Positions 1 to 8,613 of a stretch of 64,000 nucleotides of DNA are shown here, one piece after another. How positions within the stretch are numbered: position 1 is the first letter of the stretch; each line of letters begins with the position of its first letter. The notes under the pieces are model-generated. The model saw nothing but the letters and a program-made list of their open reading frames with translations, was not told the DNA's origin and searched no databases. The stretch is taken from contig CAVRUC010000013.1 of NCBI GenBank assembly GCA_963724295.1, forward strand, positions 534,039-598,038, given 5' to 3'. The position numbers and the translations under genes were made by a program. The stretch comes from an uncultured Chloroflexia bacterium (GTDB taxonomy: Bacteria > Chloroflexota > Chloroflexia > Thermomicrobiales > UBA6265).

Positions 1-965
1 ACGAAGCGGCGGGGTTCGACCGGGTCCTCATCGGCTACCACTCCACCGGTCCCGATGCCTGGCTCGTCGCCGCCCACGCCGCCGCCAATACGGAGCGCCT
101 GCACATGCTGGTGGCGCACCGGCCGGGGTTCCAGGCGCCGACGGTCGCCGCCCGTGCCGCGGTGACGCTGGACCATTTCAGCGGGGGCCGGGTCTCGCTC
201 AACATCGTCACCGGCGGCAGCGATAGCGAGCTGGCGCGTGACGGCGACTGGTCCGCGAAGGACGACCGCTACCGGCGCACCGATGAGTTCCTCGACATCG
301 TGCGGGCCATGTGGACCAGCGCCGAGCCATTCGACTACGAGGGCGAGTTCTACCAGGTGAAAAACGCCTTCTCCGACGTAAAACCGCTGCAACGCCCCTC
401 GATCCCGATCTACTTCGGCGGCGCCTCAGGGGCGGCGGTCCCGGTCGGCGCGAAGCATGCCGACGTCTACATGTTCTGGGGCGAGCCACTCGCGGACACC
501 ACGGCGCGGATGGATGCCGTGCGAGCGGCCGCGCCTCCGGGGCGGTCCCCTGCCTTCAGCGTCTCCGTGCGACCGATTCTCGGCGCGACGGAAGCCGAAG
601 CGTGGGACAAGGCGCACGGCTACCTGGAGCGGATCGTCGCCCATCGCGGGAACGGGCCGGGTTCCGCCCCCGCGGCCGGCTCGCAACGGCTGCTCGATCT
701 CGCGGCACAACGCGAGGTCTTCGACGACCGGCTCTGGATGGCGATCGCCGCGGCCACCGGCGCGGGCGGCAATACCTCCGCCCTGGTCGGCACCGCGGAG
801 CAGGTCGCCCAGTCGCTGCTGCGCTACTACGACGCGGGCATCACCAGTTTCCTGATCCGCGGCTTCGAACCGCTGCAGGATGCCACCGAGTTCGGCCGGG
901 AGCTGATCCCGCTCGTCCGCGAAGAAGTCGCCCGCCGCGACCGCGCCAGCCGGGTCGCCGTCTAG
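1..965 (+). CDS. LLM-class flavin-dependent oxidoreductase (SsuD/alkanesulfonate monooxygenase-like), 5'-truncated by the window edge
   Basis: The frame is open from base 3 (EAAGFDRVLIGY...). Luciferase-like motifs: LVAHRPG, TLDHFSGGRVSLNIVTGG, YFGGAS, ALVGTAEQVA. Confidence 0.9.
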   Translation, partial: EAAGFDRVLIGYHSTGPDAWLVAAHAAANTERLHMLVAHRPGFQAPTVAARAAVTLDHFSGGRVSLNIVTGGSDSELARDGDWSAKDDRYRRTDEFLDIVRAMWTSAEPFDYEGEFYQVKNAFSDVKPLQRPSIPIYFGGASGAAVPVGAKHADVYMFWGEPLADTTARMDAVRAAAPPGRSPAFSVSVRPILGATEAEAWDKAHGYLERIVAHRGNGPGSAPAAGSQRLLDLAAQREVFDDRLWMAIAAATGAGGNTSALVGTAEQVAQSLLRYYDAGITSFLIRGFEPLQDATEFGRELIPLVREEVARRDRASRVAV

Positions 966-1034
966 CTCTGCCTGGCTCTAACGGCGGTAACGCCTTGCAC
1001 TTGCACTAGCGGGAGTCCATCCGGTGACTGCCGT

Positions 1035-1103
1035 CCCCCTCTCCTGTCTCCGACGGGAGAGGGGGGTAGGGGGGTGAGGGCCGGTGCGGGTAGGGGGTGA
1101 GGG
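1035..1103. repeat. REP-like palindrome (CCCCCTCTCC...GGGAGAGGGGG followed by GGGGTGAGGG x2) between convergent genes
   Basis: Inverted repeat read directly from the sequence; a related element lies at 40031-40097. Confidence 0.65.
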
Positions 1104-1105
1104 TC

Positions 1106-1618
1106 TCAAAACCGCCAGCGGGTCGCGCCATACGGCTCAGCGGTGGCGAGACCGAAAACCGTGTGGAACGTGAAGCGGTAGAGGTCCCAGGGTGGCGGTC
1201 CCGCGCTGGGAGCGCTGTACGGCGCCGTGAACGCCTCGCCCTCCACTTCCGCCGGCCACCCGCCCTCGCGGTACAGACCGGCCACCGTCTCCAGCGTCGG
1301 CCGATCGGTCACCCGGGTCGCTTCGCCCTCCAGCACGAGGTCGATGCCTTCCCGGCTGATGGAGATCGTGCAGGCCGGGTTCGCCGCCAGATTGCGCGAC
1401 TTGCGGGTCCCCGGCCCGCTCGTGAAATAGACATCCCCGTCGTGCCAGCGAGCGCCGACGGGAACGGCGTGCGGTCGTCCGTCCGGACGCGACGTACCGA
1501 GGAAAACGACCGCGGACATCGGTGGCGAGGCGAGGCGGTCGCGTGCCCGGCTCCACGGCATGGCCGCGTTTCCGTAGCGGTCGAGATTCGTGACGTCGAC
1601 GGGTTCTCGTTCGGGCAT
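1106..1618 (-). CDS. Pyridoxamine 5'-phosphate oxidase-like (split-barrel flavin/F420-binding) protein
   Basis: FLGTSRPDGRPHAVPV...RKSRNLAANP, LVLEGEA motifs. Confidence 0.85.
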   Translation of the reverse strand: MPEREPVDVTNLDRYGNAAMPWSRARDRLASPPMSAVVFLGTSRPDGRPHAVPVGARWHDGDVYFTSGPGTRKSRNLAANPACTISISREGIDLVLEGEATRVTDRPTLETVAGLYREGGWPAEVEGEAFTAPYSAPSAGPPPWDLYRFTFHTVFGLATAEPYGATRWRF

Positions 1619-1660
1619 CGTGCACCTCCAGTTCCTGACCCTGCTGACTTACCCAGACTA

Positions 1661-2065
1661 TCAGGCGCCTGCCGGGCGCTCCTGCACCACCCAGCCGTTG
1701 CCGTCGGGATCGCTGAAAAAGAGGAACGAGTTCCAGTCTCCGCCTCGCCCATCGACCCGGACACTACCCTCGAAGTGCTGGACCGGGCTGACCTCCACAC
1801 CCCCCTGCAGCAACTCCGCCCGCGCGGCGTCGATGTCCGGGACGACCAGCTGGATCCCCTGCACCGACCCCGGCGTCGACGCGGGGAGACCCGTCCCGAT
1901 GGCGATCGAGCAGGCCGAGCCGGCCGGCGTCAGCTGCACGACCCGCATCTCGTCGCCGATGCGGGTGTCATGGTCGACAACGAAACCAACCTGCTCGCCG
2001 TAGAAGCGCTTGGCCCGGTCCACGTCCGTCACCGGGATGACCACCAGCTCGAGCTTCCAATCCAT
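1661..2065 (-). CDS. VOC/glyoxalase family protein
   Basis: IPVTDVDRAKRFY ... FFSDPDGNGWVVQE. Confidence 0.9.
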   Translation of the reverse strand: MDWKLELVVIPVTDVDRAKRFYGEQVGFVVDHDTRIGDEMRVVQLTPAGSACSIAIGTGLPASTPGSVQGIQLVVPDIDAARAELLQGGVEVSPVQHFEGSVRVDGRGGDWNSFLFFSDPDGNGWVVQERPAGA

Positions 2066-2163
2066 CCACCATCATCCTTTCCCGCGCCGGAACAACCGTT
2101 GCACTCGATAGTCGGTCGGGAGCGCCCCATATCGACATGCGGCAAGCGGTAGCATTGGTCACC

Positions 2164-3331
2164 ATGGACTATCCCTTTCCCAGGACCGAGCGCCAGGCCG
2201 AGCTGATCGCCCTCGCCGATTCGCTGGCCGGGCCGTTCGCCGCCCGCGCCGAGAGTGTCGACCGCGACGGCAGCTTTCCGTTCCAGAACTTCCGCGAGCT
2301 GCACGATGCCGGATACCTCGGGCTCACGATTCCCAAAGAGCGCGGCGGTCTCGGCGCCACCCCGCTCGAATATGCGCTCGCCCACGAGCGGATCGCCCGC
2401 GCCTGCGGCTCGACCGCGCTCGCCTCGAACATGCACCTCTCGCTGATCGGCCGCATCAACGAGACCGGCATGTGGCCGGACCAGATCCTCGATCGCGTGA
2501 ACGAAGACATCATCACCAACGGCGCGCTCATCAACTCGGTCAACAGCGAGCCCGATCTGGGAAGCCCCAGCCGGGGAGGCATGCCGACGACGACAGCCGA
2601 GCGCACGCCGCGCGGGTGGATCATCAACGGCCGAAAGCGCTGGGCGAGCCTGGCCCCTGCCCTGACCTACATGCTGACCCTGGCCACCATCGTCGATGGC
2701 GATGCACCCCCGCGGCGCGGCAATTTCCTCGGTGCCGGCGTCCTCTGCCGGCGTACGAATCGACGAGACCTGGGATAACCTGGGCATGCGCGGCACCGCC
2801 AGCGACGATGTCGTCTTCACCGACGTCGAGGTGCCATTGGATGCCCTGGTGCCGGTCGATGGGTCGTCTGTACCGGGCGATGGTCTCGGCTGGTCCGCTT
2901 TCGGCGGCGCGGCGGTCTTCCTCGGTATCGGGCAGGCCGCGCGTGATGCCGCGATCCAGTTTGCCCACGAGCGGCGACCCAACGGCATGAACGGATCGAT
3001 CGCGACGTTGCAAACGATCCAGCACCGTATCGCGGCGATCGAGCTCGATCTACTCCAGGCGCGGACGCTCCTCTACGCTACGGCCGAGTGGTGGACCGAG
3101 CGGCCCCAGGAGCGGCCGGCGAACATGTGGCGGCTGGCGGCGGCGAAGTACGCCGTGACGAACGCGGCCATCCGCGCCACGGACGAGGCCCTCCGCGTGG
3201 CGGGATCGGCCGGTCTGGCCGCCACCTCGCCGCTGCAGCGCTACTTCCGCGACGCGCGCACCGCCATCGGGCAGCCTCCCATCGAAGACGTCGCGCTGAC
3301 GACAATCGGCAAGGCGGCGCTGGGTGTTTGA
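2164..3331 (+). CDS. Acyl-CoA dehydrogenase-family flavoprotein; one extra base near 2731 splits the frame
   Basis: N part (GYLGLTIPKERGGLG, INGRKRWAS) joins C part (WDNLGMRGTASDDV, LQRYFRDAR) across ORFs 2137..2778 and 2696..3331. Confidence 0.85.
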
Positions 3332-3550
3332 GGGGGTGCCGCCTTCGGCTCAGGGGGTGCCAGCCGCTTGCACGGCTTCAGGGGGAGCCGGTCGCTGCGC
3401 TCCCTCAGGGGGTGGCGTCCGCTGCGCGGACTCAGGGGGGTAGGAGGACGACTAAGATCGCCGTCGTGCTTCTTCCCCCCTGAGCCGCAGGCGCCACCCC
3501 CTGAGGCGGTGAAACCGCCGGCACCCCCTGAGGCGCAGCCGGCACCCCCT
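3329..3550. repeat. Mirror-symmetric array: 5 copies of a TCAGGGGGTG-like unit, then 4 inverted CACCCCCTGA-like copies, mostly ~27 nt apart
   Basis: Forward units at ~3329, 3350, 3378, 3405, 3432; inverted units at ~3475, 3495, 3522, 3543. Confidence 0.8.
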
Positions 3551-3569
3551 TCGTAAAGGAGATCGGGAC

Positions 3570-5231
3570 ATGGCAGCCGAGATCGGACCTGAGGAACAGA
3601 TCGACGCATTCTGGGAACTGACCGAAGATCAGATTTCCGTGCTTCGCCGGCATGGCCAGGTCCAGCAGACCCACGATGGCCAGGTGCTCTTCCATCAGGG
3701 CGAGCTCACCTGCGACTTCTACGTCGTTCTCGAAGGGGAGGTCGAGCTCATCGAGCCAACCCTCGTCACCCCTCGGGTCATCGGTGTGCGCAAGCCGCGC
3801 GAGATCGTCGGCGAGCTCAACCTCCTGACCGAGGAAGTCACCTACCTCTCCGCCGTCGTGCGGAAAGGGGGGAGCGTGCTGGCCATCCCCGCCGACGATC
3901 TGCGCACGATCGTCACCGATGACCCGGGGTTCAGCGACTTCCTCCTGCGCGCGTTCCTGCTCCTGCGCTCGCATCTGGTCGAGCTCGGTGCCGGGCTGAA
4001 GATCATCGGCTCCCACTTTTCGCCCGACACCAGACGGCTGCGGCAGTTCGCCGCGCGCAGCCGTCTTCCCCACGATTGGATGGACGTTGAGAAAGACCCG
4101 CTAGCGGAATCACTGCTGCGCCAGTTCAATGTCAAGCCGGACGAGACGCCGGTGGTGATCTGGAAGGGCGCCGAGATCCTGCGCAATCCCTCGAACGCCG
4201 ATCTGGCGCGAGTGCTCGGGATCGGCGACGTCCTCGATCCGGAGGCGCACTACGACTTGATCGTCGTCGGCTCGGGACCGGGCGGGTTGGCCGCCGCTGT
4301 CTACGGCGCTTCGGAAGGGCTCAAGACGCTCATCGTGGAGTCGGTCGCTACCGGCGGCCAGGCGGGAATGGCGTCCCGCATCGAGAATTACCTCGGCTTC
4401 CCGGCGGGGTTGTCCGGGGTCGAGCTGGCGAGCAGAGCGCTGTTGCAGGCCGAAAAATTCGGCGCCAGCATCGCGGTCCCCCGCGAGGCCGTCGCCCTGC
4501 GTCGTGATGGACACACCTATGCCATCACCCTCGATGACGGGGAAGAGATCGCCGCCGGCAGCGTCATCCTGGCCCTCGGCGCGCGGTACCGCAAGCTCGA
4601 CGTCCCGGGCGAGGCCGAGCTGGAAGGCGGCAACGTCTACTACGCTGCGACCGAAGTCGAGGCCCAGGTCTGCCAGGGGCAGAACATCGCGGTCGTGGGC
4701 GGCGGTAACTCCGCCGGGCAGGCGGCGTTGTTCCTGGCGGAGCGCGCGAACAAGGTCTACCTGCTGGCGCGCTGCGATGATCTGAATGAGGACATGTCTC
4801 GCTACCTCATCGACCGCATCGTGGCGACATCCAACATCGAGCTGCTGGTCCAGACGTGCGTCGCCGAATTGGTGGGCCAGAACGCGCTGACCGGAGTCAA
4901 GGTCGAGCACAAGTACACCGGCAAGGGGCGCACGATCGGCGTCGCGGCCCTCTTCATCTTTATCGGGGCGGATGCGCCGACGGCGTGGTTGGCGGACACG
5001 CTGGCGCTCGACGAGAAGGGCTTCATCTCGACCGGGCTCTCCGTCAAGACCGCTCCCGCGTGGCAAGACGCGGCTCGCGATCCGTTCCTGTTTGAGGCCA
5101 GCCTACCGGGAGTCTTCGCCGTGGGCGACGTCCGCAGCGGAGCCATCCGGCGCGCAGCCTCGGCGGTCGGCGAGGGATCAATGGCGGTCCGGCTCTGCCA
5201 CGCCTACCTGGCCGAGACCCGAGGCGCCTGA
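3570..5231 (+). CDS. cNMP-binding domain fused to a thioredoxin reductase-like FAD/NAD(P)H oxidoreductase
   Basis: N-terminal LFHQGE...FYVVLEGEV...GELNLL; GSGPGG, IENYLGFPAG, VGGGNSA, PGVFAVGDVR. RBS AAGGAG. Confidence 0.9.
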   Translation: MAAEIGPEEQIDAFWELTEDQISVLRRHGQVQQTHDGQVLFHQGELTCDFYVVLEGEVELIEPTLVTPRVIGVRKPREIVGELNLLTEEVTYLSAVVRKGGSVLAIPADDLRTIVTDDPGFSDFLLRAFLLLRSHLVELGAGLKIIGSHFSPDTRRLRQFAARSRLPHDWMDVEKDPLAESLLRQFNVKPDETPVVIWKGAEILRNPSNADLARVLGIGDVLDPEAHYDLIVVGSGPGGLAAAVYGASEGLKTLIVESVATGGQAGMASRIENYLGFPAGLSGVELASRALLQAEKFGASIAVPREAVALRRDGHTYAITLDDGEEIAAGSVILALGARYRKLDVPGEAELEGGNVYYAATEVEAQVCQGQNIAVVGGGNSAGQAALFLAERANKVYLLARCDDLNEDMSRYLIDRIVATSNIELLVQTCVAELVGQNALTGVKVEHKYTGKGRTIGVAALFIFIGADAPTAWLADTLALDEKGFISTGLSVKTAPAWQDAARDPFLFEASLPGVFAVGDVRSGAIRRAASAVGEGSMAVRLCHAYLAETRGA

Positions 5232-5244
5232 CCGGACACAGACA

Positions 5245-5386
5245 GGTGTCATTCCGAACCCGCCGTCACGGTGTCATCCCGAGCCCGCAGGCAACGTGTC
5301 ATTCCGAGCCCACAGGCGAGGAATCTCGTCTGCGGCATATGAACGCGGCCTGCGGCCGAGATCCATCACCCGTTCAGGATGACACC
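5245..5386. repeat. REP-like element: three GTGTCATYCCGARCCC units closed by inverted GGATGACACC
   Basis: Direct repeats at ~5246, 5271 and 5296, and an inverted end at 5377-5386, between convergent genes. Confidence 0.75.
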
Positions 5387-5404
5387 GGTACGCTGTCGCG
5401 GGAC

Positions 5405-6004
5405 TCAGCTTGCTGTCGTGACTGACTCCGTCGTCGTGCCGGCCTCAGTCGCACCCGTGGCCGAGACCGTCTCGGGGCCGCTGCCCCCGACGAGCAGTAC
5501 AGTCACCAGGGTGTTCGAGAACGTGTCGATCGGCGTGAAATAGGCGACTCCGGAGAGACCCGAGCCATTCATCCCCACCATACCGACGGCAAGCGTGCCA
5601 TCGGGGTTCAGCGCGCCACCGACATCTCCGCAGGCGACGACCGTGCTCGCCGCGGGCGATTCCCGGACAACGACGACGTGATTGGAGGCGAGAAAGTCGG
5701 CGATGGCGAATTGCACCACCGTGCCCGATTGCTCGACCGGCGTCGCGCTGGCCTGTCCTTGCAGGTCGCCGCTGGTAATGACCAGGTTCGCCAGCGGGGC
5801 AACCACTTCTCCCGGGCTGCCACAGGTCCCGGCAAGGAGCTCCGCCGGGCGATCGACGGAAGACGTCTGCGCCAGCGTCGATGGGGTCGTCACGGCGACG
5901 ACCACCAGGCTCAGGATGACGAGCCAGAGCCTCAGCGGCACGGCAGGGCACCCTGGTCGATGCGAGCCACGTTCAGCTCGCGGCCGGGAACTCGAACTCT
6001 GCAA
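5405..6004 (-). CDS. Secreted hypothetical protein with two Cys (GTC ... VACG)
   Basis: Hydrophobic signal segment ending TLA-Q; start uncertain. Confidence 0.65.
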   Translation of the reverse strand: MQSSSSRPRAERGSHRPGCPAVPLRLWLVILSLVVVAVTTPSTLAQTSSVDRPAELLAGTCGSPGEVVAPLANLVITSGDLQGQASATPVEQSGTVVQFAIADFLASNHVVVVRESPAASTVVACGDVGGALNPDGTLAVGMVGMNGSGLSGVAYFTPIDTFSNTLVTVLLVGGSGPETVSATGATEAGTTTESVTTAS

Positions 6005-6173
6005 TTTGGCCGCCTATCGTGTGGAGCGCTGATAGTAGGGACAGAGTACGGATTAGAACGGCGGAACGCAAGGTTCGCCACGGGATTCAACTCTCAAGCC
6101 CGACACATTGGAGGCGTCGAACGCTCGATCAGGATAGTTGGCTCCAATCGGCCAACGCCCCTTCCAGTTGAGG

Positions 6174-7160
6174 TTACGAGAACCACGAAAAATCAGGCGG
6201 GAACCGTGAGAAGATGAGCAGAAGCAACACGTACAGCGCCACAACAATGGCGATACCGAGCACGGTGCGTTGCCGCGTCTCGCTGCCGGCCGGCTGCGTC
6301 CACCAGCCAAAGCGACCGCTGACCCACGGAGCCACCCAGTTCAGAATCACCACGCTGGAGAGGTTGGCGCCAAACAAGCCTAGGAAGAATGGCCATCCAA
6401 ACCGCCCTATCAGAATCGGATTCAGCACGAAATACCCGAAGAGAAAGACGACCGGGTAGAGCGCCAGCAGCGTCAGCATGTTCAGCTTCCAGATCGGCGC
6501 ATGGGCGGCGCCCGCTACCCGGAACCACTGATCGAACCCGGTGCGGACCTTGCGGGCGTGCACTCCCGCTGAGAACCCTGTCGCCTCATCGAGCAGCTTT
6601 TGGCGCTCGGGAGAGTTCAACCAGGCGTCGAGGTGGGCCTCGGTGTCGAACGTCAGGATCGTCACCCAATCATCCTGGACGCCGGGGATCGGCGGATTGA
6701 GCCGGTGGCCCTGGAATCCGGGGTATTGTGTCTCCGCCGCGGTGATGCGCTGGTTCCAGACGCGATATGCCTCCTCTTGACCCGGTTTGATCTCCATCGA
6801 GATGACCGCTGAAACCTCATCGGTCGGCTGCGCTGCCTCATCGCCTTCGATGATGTGCACGTCGTCCCGGCCGATCAGCATCGGCTGCGCGGTCTCCACC
6901 AAGCTGAGTCGCTCTTTGGAGCGGAGCCAGGCTTGCGCCTGCTCGCCGGTCGCAAACTTTTGCAGGATGACCCAGTCAACCTGCTTGGGTGGGTCGGGTG
7001 GAATCACCTGGTGATCGATGAACCCCGGAAAGCCGGCCACGACGTCGCTGATACGCTGTTGCCATTCGGCAAAGTCGTCGTTACGGTCCGGCAGTACGCG
7101 CGTCTGTGTAACGATGGTGACCGGCCTGGTGGTTGCCGGTGCGGTAGGCGACGAAGCCAC
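6174..7160 (-). CDS. Antibiotic-biosynthesis-monooxygenase-like tandem-domain membrane protein
   Basis: Two repeats (FPGFIDHQV/YPGFQGHRL ... WLRSKER/WLNSPER) plus C-terminal TM helices. Confidence 0.75.
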   Translation of the reverse strand: MASSPTAPATTRPVTIVTQTRVLPDRNDDFAEWQQRISDVVAGFPGFIDHQVIPPDPPKQVDWVILQKFATGEQAQAWLRSKERLSLVETAQPMLIGRDDVHIIEGDEAAQPTDEVSAVISMEIKPGQEEAYRVWNQRITAAETQYPGFQGHRLNPPIPGVQDDWVTILTFDTEAHLDAWLNSPERQKLLDEATGFSAGVHARKVRTGFDQWFRVAGAAHAPIWKLNMLTLLALYPVVFLFGYFVLNPILIGRFGWPFFLGLFGANLSSVVILNWVAPWVSGRFGWWTQPAGSETRQRTVLGIAIVVALYVLLLLIFSRFPPDFSWFS

Positions 7161-7603
7161 GGGAAATCCTTTCTGAGTGGCCGCCAGGTCGGCCCAGGTG
7201 CCTCCCAGAGCACGATCTGGGCTCTTCCTGGACAGCCCTCGGCCGCGGTCGACGACTCTCCGCGGTCGCGACCATCAGCACGGTCCGACGTGTCACGAGT
7301 TGTCAGAAACCAGATTGAATCTTGCCGACACGCTACACCGGCACTATCCGTTGTCAAGTCCCAAATATGCTGCCGCACACTTGCGTTCCGTCAATTTCAG
7401 GTGTAGCGTTGCGTCACGTTTCAAATTAGCGGGGCGCACACGCTCGTTGCCGACCTGGTCGGAATCAGGCTCGTTGCGTGCGACGGCGCCCGCACCCATG
7501 TGATGTGGCGGCCGGCGTGGCCCGGAAATCGGGACCACGGTTCGTTGTCGAATGTACGAAGTCAATACACCGGGCGTTCGACAACACTCCGAGAGGATCA
7601 GGC

Positions 7604-8452
7604 ATGAACCTGAATACGATCGAAGAGGTGCGCAGCGCCGCCGCCGTCGATGGCGGCGACGTCCGGTGGCGGGAGGGGGATAGCTGGCTGGCGGGTGGAA
7701 CCTGGCTCTTCTCCGAGCCGCAGCCGCACCTGCGCCGCCTGCTTGACCTGCGCGCCCTCGACTGGCCGGCGCTGGAGGTCGATGACGATGGCCTGCGCAT
7801 TGCCGCCACCTGCACCGTCGCCGACCTTTACGCGTTCCCCGGGCGACCGGACTGGCCGGCGTCGTTCCTGATCGATGAGTGCTGCCGTGCGTTCCTCGCG
7901 TCGTTCAAGATCTGGAACACGGCCACCGTCGGCGGCAACATCTGCATGTCCCTGCCGGCGGGTCCGATGATCTCGCTCGCGACGTCCCTGGAAGGGATCT
8001 ACACCCTGAGGTCACTCGACGGCAGCGAGCGCCAGGTCCCGGCCATCGAGTTCGTCATCGGCAATCATCAGAACGTGCTCCTGCCGGGTGAGCTGCTGCG
8101 CACGATCGAGCTCCCCGCCTCGGCGCTGCGGAAGCGTGCGGCATTTCGCCGGGTGTCGCTGACCCACATGGGGCGCTCGACCGCGCTCGTGATCGGCACG
8201 GCCGCTTCGCCGGATGCGACGTTCGTGCTGACCGTGACCGCGGCCACTCCCTACCCTGTGCAGCTGACATTCCCCGAGGTCCCTGATGCCCGCACCCTGC
8301 GGGAGCGCCTCCAGGAAGAGATTCCGGATAGTGGGTACTTCGACGACGTCCACGGATCGCCGGACTACCGCAAGCACATGACGCACTACTTCGCCGAGCA
8401 GATTCGGGCCGAGCTGGCAGGCGAGGGTGGCAGGGTGATGGGTGATGGGTGA
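7604..8452 (+). CDS. Xanthine dehydrogenase-family FAD-binding subunit
   Basis: LAGGTW, IWNTATVGGNI, DVHGSPDYRKH; RBS GAGAGGA. Confidence 0.9.
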   Translation: MNLNTIEEVRSAAAVDGGDVRWREGDSWLAGGTWLFSEPQPHLRRLLDLRALDWPALEVDDDGLRIAATCTVADLYAFPGRPDWPASFLIDECCRAFLASFKIWNTATVGGNICMSLPAGPMISLATSLEGIYTLRSLDGSERQVPAIEFVIGNHQNVLLPGELLRTIELPASALRKRAAFRRVSLTHMGRSTALVIGTAASPDATFVLTVTAATPYPVQLTFPEVPDARTLRERLQEEIPDSGYFDDVHGSPDYRKHMTHYFAEQIRAELAGEGGRVMGDG

Positions 8453-8612
8453 TAGGTGTCAGGGTCGCAGGGTCGCAGGGTCGCAGGGTGGCTGGGTCGC
8501 AGGGAGAACCAGCCCGCCACCTCGCCACCCTGCCACCCTGCCACCGTGAGCGCAGCGAACAAATACCCTGCCACCACGAGCGCAGCGAGTAATCACCACG
8601 AGCGGAGCGAGT
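8432..8612. repeat. Composite short-repeat element: GGTGATG 7-mers, CAGGGTCG 8-mers, inverted CCACCCTG 8-mers, and CGAGCG(C/G)AGCGAGT units
   Basis: Read directly; related to 13978-14097. Confidence 0.75.
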
Positions 8613-8613
8613 C

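Noticed and set aside
1097..2152. Long alternative-frame ORFs (e.g. 1097..2152, 37578..38711, 38838..39953)
   Set aside because: Arg/Pro/Ala-rich shadow ORFs overlapping well-supported genes, as expected at high GC.
3329..3550. Possible CRISPR array
   Set aside because: The repeat core is only ~10 nt, half the units are inverted, and no cas genes are present.
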